From assembly GCF_000008305.1 (NCBI RefSeq), contig NC_006055.1, positions 630,001 through 662,000 on the forward strand: a stretch of DNA of 32,000 bases, read 5' to 3'. This stretch comes from Mesoplasma florum L1. GTDB taxonomy: Bacteria; Bacillota_I; Bacilli_A; Mycoplasmatales; Mycoplasmataceae. The position numbers and the translations under genes are program-made. This document shows, in pieces, positions 20,584 through 30,463 of this stretch (the first letter of the stretch is position 1; each line of letters starts with the position of its first letter). The notes below the pieces were generated by a model that saw only the letters and a program-made list of their open reading frames with translations, did no database searches and was not told the origin of the DNA.

Positions 20584-21144
20584 CTATTTATTTCTAATTG
20601 TTTTATTATGATATGCTAATGCATCTTCAGTATCAATTTTGATACCTGTCATTTTTTCATCAAAGAATGAAGCATCAACCATTTTTCTACTAAATTTAAC
20701 TTTTTTTGTAACTCTTTTACCTTGTTTGTAAAAAACATAAATATTTTCAGTTCTAGTATCTTTTATAATTTTAACAATATTTTTATTGTCAATTTTTTCT
20801 CCAATTAAATTAACTGAATCTTTTGTTAACGCAACACCAAAGTGTGGTATGAAAAAGAATAAAGCAATTACTGAAGCAGCAATGAAAACCATTCCTATAA
20901 CTGTTGTTACTATAGCACCTGTATTTGCATTTGAATTATCAGGTTTGTAAATTATAGCTGTTATAATTCCCATAATTTCACTTATTGAAATTAATGATAC
21001 AGTTACAATAGGTAAAACTAAACCATATTTTTTTGACTTAGTATCAAGTTTTATAAATTGGTAGTAATAAAATGCTAGTGTTAATAATAAAAGTAATGAA
21101 ACTCCAATTAACACGATACTCATAATTAAAAATTTTGAACTCAT
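20584..21144 (-). CDS. Membrane protein of unknown function (186 aa; about 4 TM helices plus a basic soluble C-terminal domain)
   Basis: Intact ORF. ATG 21142-21144 lies 2 nt after the tsf stop. Confidence 0.65.
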   Translation of the reverse strand: MSSKFLIMSIVLIGVSLLLLLTLAFYYYQFIKLDTKSKKYGLVLPIVTVSLISISEIMGIITAIIYKPDNSNANTGAIVTTVIGMVFIAASVIALFFFIPHFGVALTKDSVNLIGEKIDNKNIVKIIKDTRTENIYVFYKQGKRVTKKVKFSRKMVDASFFDEKMTGIKIDTEDALAYHNKTIRNK

Positions 21145-21146
21145 AA

Positions 21147-22040
21147 CTAGTTACCTAATTGAGCAGCTACTTCACTTGCAAAGTCAGTAACTACTTTTTC
21201 AATTCCTTCTCCAACTTCATATCTAACCATGTCAATTAAAGTTACTTTTTTAGATTCTAAGAATTGACCTACTTTAAAACTTTCATCAACAACATATTGT
21301 TGGTCTACTAAACTAATTTCTGATAAACGTTTTGATAATTTTCCTTTTAAAATGTTTTCTAAAACATTTTCTGGTTTACCTTGTAATTTTGGATCTTCTT
21401 TAGCTTCAGCTTTAATGATGCTAAATTCTGATTCTTTAAACTCAGCAGGGATTTCATCAATGCTTTTGTATTGTGGACTCATTGCGGCAACGTGCATAGC
21501 TAAGTTGTATGCATCTGTTGAATCAAGTGTTCCTTTAAAGTTCAATGCAACTGAAACTCTTTTGTTTGCATGATTGTATAAAGTAGTTGTATTTCCAGCT
21601 TCTTTTTCAATTAAAGTAAATCTTCTTAATTGAATTTTTTCTCCAATTGTTGCTGTAGCACTAACTAAAACTTGTTCAATTGTTTCTCCAGAGTTTGTTT
21701 TTAATGCTAAACCTTCTTCTAAAGTTTTAGCATTTGAAGCTAATAATACATTAGCAATTTCATCGATTAAATTTATAAATTTTTCGTTTTGTGCAACGAA
21801 ATCAGTTTCTGAGTTAACTTCAAGAATAACAACTTTTTTGTCGTCTTCTTTAGCTAATGCTACACCCTCAGCAGCTACACGGTCTGATTTTTTAGCAGCT
21901 TTAGCTAATCCGTTTTCTCTTAATCAAACGATTGCATCTTCGATGTTTCCATCAGTTGCTTCTAAAGCTTTTTTACAGTCCATCATACCAGCTTGTGTAA
22001 TTTCTCTTAATTCTTTAATTAATTGTGCGTTTACAGCCAT
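21147..22040 (-). CDS. tsf: Translation elongation factor Ts
   Basis: ORF 21147-21545 continues upstream with no TAA/TAG; the track start at 21545 is TTG. TGA at 21924 is read as Trp (IVWLRENG). The start is ATG 22038-22040 after an AAAGGAGAA RBS. The N-terminus is [26 protein letters not shown]. Confidence 0.95.
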
Positions 22041-22064
22041 ATGTGTTTTCTCCTTTTGATTTTA

Positions 22065-22865
22065 TTAGTTATTTGTTCTTTCAGGTTTATTTCAGCTTCT
22101 GTTGTTTGAGTAGTTGTTTTCGCCTTCTGTTCTTTCACGTTTAACAACAACTGTTTTTAAAACTGAAGGTGCTAATTTTAAATTAGCTCCATCAGCGAAT
22201 GCATCAACTAAAGCATTGATCATAATGTTTACTGATTCTTGTAAATCATCGTTTGCAGGAATTGGTAAAGTTACGATATCTGGATCAACGTTAGTATCAC
22301 ATAATCCGATAACTGGAATGTTTAATTTAATTGCTTCTTTAACAGCAATTTCATCTGATTTAGGATCTACAACAATTAATGCAGCAGGTAATTTACGCAT
22401 TTGTTTGATTCCACCTAATGATTTTTCTAAGTTAGCTTTTTCTTTTAAAATTAAGATTTGTTCTTTTTTAGTTCTTAAAGCTAATTGTCCATTTTTTTCT
22501 GATTCTTCAATTTCTCATAAAGCTTTAATTCTTTTTACGATTGTTTTGAAGTTAGTTAAAGTTCCACCTAATCATCTTTGGTTAACATAATAGTTTCCTG
22601 ATCTTAATGCAGCTTCTTTAACAGCTAATTTAGCTGAACGTCTTGTTCCTACGAATAAAACTTTTTCACCTTTAGCTCCGATTGATTGAACTAATTTTTC
22701 AGCTTGTCTTAATTGAATTAAAGTTTTTTCTAAATCAATTACGTGGTTTTTTGATTTTGACCCATAAATAAATGGTGCCATTTTTGGATTTCATCTTTTT
22801 GTTTGGTGACCGTATTGAACACCAGCAGCAGATAACTCATCTCTTGTTACTTCTTTGTATGCCAT
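22065..22865 (-). CDS. rpsB: 30S ribosomal protein S2
   Basis: Fragments 22092-22400 and 22572-22781 are joined and extended through TGA (22092, 22515, 22572, 22788). ATG 22863-22865 has a GAAGGAG RBS. The N-terminus is [35 protein letters not shown]. Confidence 0.95.
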
Positions 22866-22975
22866 TTTTGTACTCCTTCTTTTTGTATTTGTTAGGCTTC
22901 CAAGCGATTCGAACACTAACCACCCTTTTACTAATTCGGGCACTGGGTTAATGAATTCTCGCTTGTGATTGAATA
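22866..22975 (-). promoter_or_regulatory. GC-rich structured 5' leader of rpsB-tsf (candidate ribosomal-protein autoregulatory leader)
   Basis: A segment of about 75 nt (22891-22965) is about 45% G+C against an AT-rich background. A 7-bp helix pairs CAAGCGA (22959-22965) with UCGCUUG (22901-22907) and encloses 51 nt. The enclosed region contains AAUUC/GAAUU and CCC/GGG pairings and a T-loop-like GUUCGAAUC. No terminator separates it from the rpsB RBS. Confidence 0.45.
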
Positions 22976-23008
22976 TCTATATTTTTTGTTAAATAATCAA
23001 CTTTTAAA

Positions 23009-23014
23009 ATTATA
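23009..23014 (-). promoter_or_regulatory. Consensus -10 box (TATAAT) for the rpsB-tsf transcript
   Basis: The reverse complement of 23009-23014 is TATAAT. It lies immediately downstream of the upstream gene's terminator, with a weak TTTAAA 17 nt upstream. Confidence 0.45.
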
Positions 23015-23016
23015 GC

Positions 23017-23043
23017 AAAAAAAGCCCAATTTTTAAAGGGCTT
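23017..23043 (-). terminator. Rho-independent terminator after the flippase-like gene
   Basis: The minus strand reads AAGCCC-TTTAAAAATT-GGGCTT followed by TTTTTTT. Confidence 0.6.
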
Positions 23044-23060
23044 AGTTTTAAGAATTAATG

Positions 23061-25121
23061 TTATTTTTTAGTTTTCACTTTTGCAACTGTTGTTTCAGTA
23101 GGTTTTAGTGTATAAACTTTTGGTGTATTTTTATATTTATATCTTTTTTCAAAATAATTTTCATCATTAATTATTTCATTATTTTCTTCAATTTGATCGT
23201 ATAAAGATTTCATTATTTGATCATTTTGATTTGATTCTTCTTCAGCATTAATACCTGCATCAATGAACCTAGCAATTTTTAATTTACTACTATTTTTTTG
23301 AATAATTTGTTTAACAATCGGTAAGTTAACAATAATATTTAAACCAATTTTTGGTCTGAATATTAAAGGCAATATAATACAAATTGGTAAACTTGTAATC
23401 CCTGTAATGGCGAGTACACTAACAATTGTTGGAATAGAAATTGAATCCACAATAACACTTATTGTACCAGCTTCAGTAGTTGCAATATTTATTTTTATTA
23501 AAGCAAATTGACTTAATCCATATTTTATAAATAAAGATGTTGAAATAACTGGAACTAATAAGAATATAAAGTTTGGTATTACATTTTTTAATGAAGAATT
23601 ATAAGTTATATGCGTTCAAGTAAATGACCACAAGAAGAAGTAAGCAATCATCATAAATATTAATTTGATTATGTAAAAGTATCTAATAATATTAGGTATT
23701 CAATTAGGTTTATCTCCTGAGTTAAAAGCAAAAAAGTAAATTAATACTAAAGTTATAGCTTCTGTTACTACATATCAAGTTGCAATCAAGTTCAATCATT
23801 TAGTTGTTCTTTTCTCAATACCTTTAGCTTGAACTAAAACATACTGACCTTGTACTATAATAATGGCACTTGTAGATAAACCAAATAATATTGAAAATTC
23901 TTGTCCAGAAAATATATATTTTAATGCTTCTGCTTGATATATAGCGCTAGCTTCTGTTCCATCAAAATCTTTTGCAATAACGTTTCCAAATAATCCGGTT
24001 GCAACAAAAGGTGTAAGGATCGAAATCATAACAAAACTAAATGCAGCAACAATATATGTATAAAGTTCATAGTTTGTATATGTTTTTCATTCTATTCTTC
24101 CTTCTCTTAAAATTTGAGATATAAAGAACTCTCTAAAAGAAACAATAAAATTTAACATAATAATTCTTATATTAATACCTACTATCATATAAATAGATAA
24201 CATAGATGTTGTTTTAAGACCAGAAGCTCCTAAAACAATAAGAAGAATAATAATGTCAGCATTCATCAAAGTATTTATTCCTAATGAAGAAAAGAAAAGT
24301 TTTGATGATTTTCTCACTAAATTATGATCGTTAAAATCTGAGTAAAATTTAATTCATGGGTATTTTCTTTTAACATATACCATAATCATAAATCCACGAA
24401 TAAAAGGATAAATAACAATGGGTAAGAAAACTAAAACAGGACTAATATGTATTCCTTTAAAATTTATATAACTTAGTAAGGAAATAATTAACATATATAC
24501 AATTACATCAGTAAACAAAATAATTGCTCTTCTTAAATAGTTTTGTTTGTCAGCTTCAAGGACATTTTCATAAATACCAAAAATAGAAGAACTAACAACT
24601 TGCTTGAACCCAAAAAAGAAACAAACAAATCCTAATTCTCATAAATGTATTGTAATTGGATCCATTCCATCTTTAATAATTGGTCCTGTAATACTTGTTG
24701 TAATTGGATCTCCTTGTAAAAAATGTGGAGCTAAAGCAATTTCAAGAGGATATAAAATTGAAATTAAAGTTACAAAAATTAATCCTCTTCATAATTTATT
24801 ACGATATTTTCTTTTTGCTGTTGAAAAAGATTCATTTGCTGTAATTCAATCTTTTTCCATGATTGGTTTTGCCATTAAAATAACTGTAGTTATTCCTAAA
24901 GCACCTTCACATGTACCACCAATAATAGCGATTGACATTGATATTCTTACGAACCCATTAAATTCAGTACCATAAGCACTCAAAATTCAATAAATCATAA
25001 GAATTTGAATAATGGTATTTGTTAAAGAAATAGCAACTCCAACTAGCGCACTTCAAACACTAGTTCTAGCTGATGTCTTTATAACTATGTTTTCTGTTGC
25101 ATTTGTAGCTTCAGGTTGCAT
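23061..25121 (-). CDS. Large polytopic membrane protein, possibly a MOP/Wzx-type polysaccharide flippase, with a hydrophilic C-terminal tail of about 95 aa (686 aa)
   Basis: Fragments 23061-23450, 23796-24029 and 24087-24317 plus gaps were checked codon by codon. Only TGA interrupts the frame, with no TAA/TAG. ATG 25119-25121 follows a GGAGGTGGAG RBS. The N-terminus ...VGVAISLTNTIIQILMIYWILSAYGTEFNGFVRISMSIAIIGG resembles polysaccharide-biosynthesis/flippase proteins. Confidence 0.45.
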
Positions 25122-25136
25122 TTCTCCACCTCCTTT

Positions 25137-26045
25137 TTATCAGGTTGGTTCTATTTCTATAATTTTACCATTTAGATTTTCCAAATTTCCTTCAAAACCA
25201 TTGAACACTAATTTATTAGCAAATAAAAAAATCATTTTTTCATTGTTTATTATTGTTCCAGAATATCTAGAATCATTGATAATTGAAGCGCCATAATATT
25301 CAAGAGTAGCTCTAATTTGGTGCTTTCTTCCTGTTAATATTTGAACTTCAAGTTCAGTTTGTTCATTAGTTACATCTAAACTAACAACATTAAATATTGT
25401 TGTAGCTTCTTTGTAATCACTTCTAAATTCTTCGCTAAATACTGATTTTTGAATTATTGGATCATATTTAATTCATCCCTTAGCAATTAAACTTTCTGTT
25501 ACTGGAACATCAATTCTACAACGGTAGTATTTTTCAATTTTTTCTTTATCTTGAATTGCTTCCACCATAATGTCATGTGTTTGTTTATTTTTTGCATACA
25601 TAATTAGTCCAGATGTTAATTTATCCAATCTATGAATATGACTTATAACATATGAATTCTCTTCACTAGGATTATATTGATTTGTGTCAAATAAATAATT
25701 CTTAACAATATCATCCATACTTGTTTTAACTGGAGAATGGACTTCAACGTTATAAGGTTTTTTAACAATTAAAAGATTTGAATCTTCATATATAACGTCA
25801 ATATCATAATTTGTTATTTTTTTGAAATCATCCCTTAAAACTGGTTTGTTATTGTCATAAACAATAATTTCATCATTAGCTTTAATTAAATAATCTTTAT
25901 CCTTAATTCTTTTTCCATTAATTTTAATGTCACCTTTTCTTAGTCATTTGTAAATAACTGATAGAGGTGTTGTTTTATAATTCTTTTTTAAAAATTTAAA
26001 TAATGACTGATTATCATCATTTTGATTTGCTTTAAATGTATTCAT
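25137..26045 (-). CDS. RluA-family (RluC/RluD-like) pseudouridine synthase with an S4-like N-terminus (302 aa)
   Basis: ORF 25473-25718 is extended both ways through TGA. ATG 26043-26045 has a GGGAGAA RBS. The motifs HRLDKLTSGLIMYAKN and LTGRKHQIRA are present. Confidence 0.85.
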
Positions 26046-27037
26046 TAGTTTCTCCCTGCGATCATTCAAATAAATGTTATAAGGTTTGATCCTAAATGAA
26101 CTAATCATGAATAGGTTACATTACCTTCTGTGTAAATAAAAGTTGCTGATAATATAATTGATGGAATTAAATATATGTAAATGTTTTGAACATCTCCCAT
26201 ACCTACATGTACCATAGCAAAAGCTAATGATGAAATGATCATTGCAAATCACTTATTACCAACTCCTGTAAAAATTGAATCTCTAAATGCTAGTTCTTCA
26301 ACTAATGGTGCAACAACAACACTAAAAATAAATAATAAAATTGAATAAAATATTTTAACTGTAATTGAAGAGTTTTTATAAATTTCACTAAGTGCATTTT
26401 GATTTGCTGTTTCTTTTTCAATAAAACTTAATCCAAATGATACAGCGAATAAAACGATTGTCATTATTAAAACTACTACTATTACTTTTTTTCATTCTTT
26501 TTTCAAAGTCAAAAAAATTCTATCTTTCAAAAATGGCACTTTAATAAATAATATTATTCCTACAACAACTTCTGCAATGATTTGTAGTGTCATTGATACA
26601 AATTGAGTTGCTACCGGATTATTTTTGCTGTTTCAACCAGATAAAGCTAAAAATAACGAACCTAAAATTATTACAAATAAGAAAGGTAATACTATAAAAG
26701 CATAAATACCAAAAGCATTGGTTCTTGTGAAAAGTTCATTGTCTCTTTTATATAAAACAAAACAACCTATTGCAGAGCAAAATATTTGAACTGAAACAAA
26801 CACAAGATTTATAATACTTTGTGTGTCTTCTTCTGTATTTGCGTTTATTGTGAATTTTAATATTATAAGAACTATTAATGGCACAAATAGAACTGAAGTT
26901 GCGAATATGATTCCATCAATCAAAGGATTAAAAACATTAAATTTGAATTTAACTTCTTCTGGTAATTGATCTTGAAATCTCATTTTGTTTAATGATGATT
27001 TCATAAAATTTTTGAGTTTATTAATTATTAATTTCAT
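26045..27037 (-). CDS. CPBP-family (CAAX/Abi) intramembrane protease with an extended N-terminal membrane region (330 aa)
   Basis: Fragments 26249-26464 and 26633-27037 are joined through TGA (26249, 26492, 26633, 26105, 26066). Motifs seen: APLVEELAFRDSIF (EExxxR) and FAMVH (FxxxH). The stop overlaps the downstream ATG by 1 nt. Confidence 0.8.
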
Positions 27038-27074
27038 GTTTCTCCTTTTTTCATGTCTAATTAATTAAAACATA

Positions 27075-27097
27075 TAAAAAAATTGCTATAAGCAATT
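27075..27097 (-). terminator. Rho-independent terminator after ptsH
   Basis: The minus strand reads ATTGCT-TAT-AGCAAT followed by TTTTTTTAT. Confidence 0.55.
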
Positions 27098-27112
27098 TTC
27101 ATTAATTTTGTT

Positions 27113-27382
27113 TTAACCTTCAATTAATGCTGCAGCGATCATTGCTTCTTTAATACCAGCAACTGCTTCTTCAGCATCACTACCATCAGCAATAATAGTA
27201 ATTTCATCACCATTTTTAATTTGCATTGATAAGATGTTCATTATTGATCTTAAGTTTCCTGATTTACTTCCTGAAACGATTTGAATGTCTGAACCATATT
27301 TTGAAGCTGCTGAAATAATTGCAGTAGCTGGTCTTGCATGTAATCCAATTTTGTCAGTTATAACTGCTGTAAATTGTGCCAT
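27113..27382 (-). CDS. ptsH: Phosphocarrier protein HPr
   Basis: Intact 89-aa ORF. It contains the His15 site GLHARPAT and the Ser46 regulatory site GNLRSIMNIL. Confidence 0.95.
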   Translation of the reverse strand: MAQFTAVITDKIGLHARPATAIISAASKYGSDIQIVSGSKSGNLRSIMNILSMQIKNGDEITIIADGSDAEEAVAGIKEAMIAAALIEG

Positions 27383-27403
27383 TTAATTTTCCTCCTGTAT
27401 TTT

Positions 27404-27446
27404 TTGATACTTAATTATTATATCAATAAGTTGATATCATTATCAA
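27404..27446 (-). promoter_or_regulatory. ptsH promoter with four alternating TTGATA/TATCAA hexamers
   Basis: On the minus strand, -35 TTGATA (27441-27446) and TGATATAAT (-10 at 27417-22) are separated by 18 nt. Hexamer copies lie at 27441-46, 27431-36, 27421-26 and 27404-09 in alternating orientation. Confidence 0.5.
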
Positions 27447-27456
27447 TTCTTATTAA

Positions 27457-29628
27457 TTAATTTTTCTTTGATATGGTTGCGTCATTAACTGAAATTGGCA
27501 TAATTCCATAACTTGAACTAAAAGCAACCTTCATTGTTTGGTCGTTTATTTCAATAACAACTCCATCACCAAAAATCATGTGTTCTATAACATCATTCTT
27601 CTCATATCCTGCAGATGTTTTCACATGCTGATTTGATTTGATTGAGCTTAAGTGACTTGTATTGGCAAACGGATTTGAACTCTTTTGATATTTACCTTCA
27701 AACTGATATAAATCTTGGTCGAATTCCTTAATAAATTTTGATGGTGCTAATTCTGATTGTGAAATAAATGAAAATTCACCTTTAATATACGTTATATAAA
27801 CTTTTTCTTCTGCTCTTGTTATAGCAACATATAAAGTTCTTCTTTCTTCTTCTATTTCTCTAGCTGAATTTGAAGATAATCTACCTGGAAATACATCTTG
27901 ATTAAGCCCGACAACAAAAACTATTTTATTTTCTAAACCTTTTGCAGCATGTACAGTTAATAAAGTAACTTTTTGTGCTTCAATATCATCAGCATCAGAA
28001 TTTAATAGTGCTTCTTCTTGTAAATAAGAAACTATTTTATCTGTTGATCCTTCGTTTAATTCTTCAGTTTGATATGATTTATCAAAATTTTCTAGTTGAT
28101 CATACAATGAATCTATGTAACTTAAATCTTCTTTTTTTTCTGTATCCTTCAATTTTTGAATATATCCTGACTCAACAAGCATATATTGCAATGTCATTCT
28201 GATATTCTTGCTTTCATTATAAACATTTACAGAGTTTGAAAGAACATTTCTTATTGTTGTCAAATGTTTTGAAACTTGATTTATATGCAATTCATCTTCA
28301 TTAACAATTAAGTCATAAAGCGATACATTCATGTCATTGGCTTTTTCTTTTAATTTCTTAATTGTTACATCTCCAACTTTTGGAATGCTTTTTAAAACTC
28401 TTTCAACAGCTTGTTCATCTTGTGTAGCTAAAGTTCTTAAAAAAGCATTTGCTTCTTTAATTACTTTTCTGTCTTTAAAACGAATTCCACCAATTAATTG
28501 AAAAGGAATTTTATTATTTTGAAATTCTTTTTCAAATTCTTGTGATCAAGCATTAAGCCTGTATAGTACAAAAATGTCTTTATACTCATAACCATCTTTG
28601 ATTAATTCTTTAATTTTTAAAGTTACATATCTTGCTTCATCATTTCTAGATTCACATTCTTTAATTATTGGTAAATCTCCTGTTGCATTATTTGTAAAAA
28701 TATCTTTAGCTTCTCTATTTTTATTATTATTAATAAAGTCATTTGCTAAGTCTAAAATTTTCTGAGTTGATCTATAATTTTGATTAAGAGTGATGCTAAC
28801 ACCGTTTGAAAATGATTTTGTAAAATTCAAAATAATATCAACTTTTGCCCCACGTCAAGAATATATTGTTTGATCTGGGTCTCCAACTACTGTTAAATTA
28901 TTTTTATCTCTTGTTAAAAATTTTATTAAATCAAACTGTAGATCGTTGGTGTCTTGAAACTCATCAACCATAACATAATCATATCTATTTCTTCATTTTT
29001 CTAAAGCTTCAGGATGCTCATTAAAAAGTTTAAAAACAAGAACTTGTAAATCATTAAAATCAATTGAATTTATTGTTTTTAAATAATCTTCATATTTTTG
29101 ATATAACGTAGCAATAGCTCTTTCAATCCCACTATAACATTCTTCTGTTGCTTCTAATGGAGATGTTAAATCATTCTTTCAATTACCAATTCTATAAATA
29201 ATTTTTTTCTCTGTGTATTTTTTTAATTCAGGTAAATGACTAAAGTGTTCATTTATTAAACTTCTTAAAATTGCAATTTGATCACCTTGATCGATAATTA
29301 AAAAGTTTTTATTTAAACCTACTAATTCAAAATCTTCTCTTAAAACTCTTGAACATCAAGCATGAAATGTAGAAATATGAGGATTACTTTTTAAGTCAGG
29401 TATAATTTTTGTTACTCTATCTCTCATCTCTCTTGCTGCTTTATTGGTAAAAGTCACAGCTAATATTTTATAAGGAGCCATTTTTAGTTCTTCAATTAAA
29501 TAAGCAATTTTTGTGGTAATTACTTTAGTTTTACCAGAACCAGCACCAGCAACTATTCTTAACGGTTTGTCTGTTATTGTCACCGCTGCCAATTGTTGTT
29601 CATTTAATTGTAATAATAAATTATTCAT
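27457..29628 (-). CDS. pcrA: ATP-dependent DNA helicase PcrA/UvrD family (723 aa)
   Basis: Three fragments (27457-28332, 28546-28830, 29356-29628) are in one frame. The gaps were checked codon by codon and contain only TGA. Motifs seen: AGAGSGKT (Walker A), [17 protein letters not shown] and VAITRAE. Confidence 0.9.
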
Positions 29629-30457
29629 GGCTTTCTCCTTTTTCTTTTTGTTCTATTTGTTTTTGATTCTTTTTTTCAATTTTTAAATTTTCAGTTAAGC
29701 TAGGTTTATCAACTTGTATTGAATTATAAAATTCTTTTTCCTCTGAGTTACCAATTTCATTTAAAATTGCATCATCAAATTTACCTGGTGTTTCTTTTAA
29801 AACAGATTTGCCAGATTGATTTTTATAAATTTTTGTTTGCTTTTGTTTTTCTAAAACAACTATAACTTTGTTCTTCATATCTACTGATGCTTGATGATTT
29901 TTTTGTAATTTAATTGACAGTGCTATGGCAATATTTCAAATTAAAAAAATTCAATAGTTTAATTGATATATTATATAACCTGCATCTAAGTAACCACTAG
30001 ATTTAGTCTTATCATATTTTGACATTAAGAAAAGAAAAAGTATGTTTCCTAAATATAATAGACACCATGGTAGTAATATAAATCATAATTCGCGTTCAAA
30101 TATATCCTTGAATTTTAATTTTTCGCTTGCTTTAAATTTCACTAACTTTATTCTAAAAATAATTTTTCCTACTGTTTTACCATTAAAAAAGTATGGTAGT
30201 AAAACAAAGTAGGAAAAATTTCATATTAATGCTGCTGAAAAAATTATAAATAAGAAAATTCAATTACCTTCTTTAGCTTGATCTTTAAAGATAAATCCTA
30301 AAATTAAAAATAATAAAGAACTAATAATTAAATCTGTAAGTCTTGCAAAAAATATTTTTCATAAACTTGGTAAATAAAATTCATTTTCCTTTAATGCGTT
30401 TTCTTCTACTTTTAATAATTCATAATTTCCATCAACATTTTTATTTACTTCAAACAT
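29621..30457 (-). CDS. RDD-family membrane protein with a Lys/Glu/Gln-rich C-terminal tail (278 aa)
   Basis: ORF 29621-29878 is extended upstream through many TGA codons to ATG 30455-30457. The N-terminal ...FFARLTDLIISSLL... plus 3-4 TM helices fit the RDD-domain layout. The stop overlaps the pcrA ATG by 8 nt. Confidence 0.5.
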
Positions 30458-30463
30458 TATCAA

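Noticed and set aside
22114-22590. A 158-aa plus-strand ORF. Similar plus-strand ORFs occur at 296-547, 4861-5070, 5096-5284, 11808-12047, 14394-14621, 14799-15008, 15930-16220, 16825-17052, 18787-18969, 20242-20460, 21352-21573, 21838-22059, 24604-24975, 25012-25296, 27975-28202 and 30501-30683.
   Set aside because: Each lies antisense to a well-supported minus-strand gene (rpsB, rbgA, argS, pyrH, tsf, the flippase-like gene, pcrA and others). None has a convincing RBS, and all give low-complexity Leu/Phe/Ser-rich products typical of shadow ORFs in AT-rich DNA.
22895-22925. A possible tRNA or tRNA fragment, suggested by the T-loop-like GUUCGAAUC with a 4-bp flanking stem in the rpsB leader.
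   Set aside because: No complementary 5' acceptor strand (GGCUUCC) is present, no D-arm or anticodon arm can be drawn, and there is no CCA/discriminator context.
22915-22935. A possible T-box riboswitch, suggested by AAGGGUGGUUAGUG, which partly resembles the T-box AGGGUGGNACCGCG.
   Set aside because: Only about half the consensus matches. There is no specifier hairpin or terminator/antiterminator pair, and the downstream gene is rpsB rather than an aminoacyl-tRNA-related gene.
27404-27446. A catabolite-responsive element (cre) at the ptsH promoter.
   Set aside because: The repeats lack the central CG and the TGWAANCGNTNWCA pattern of cre sites.
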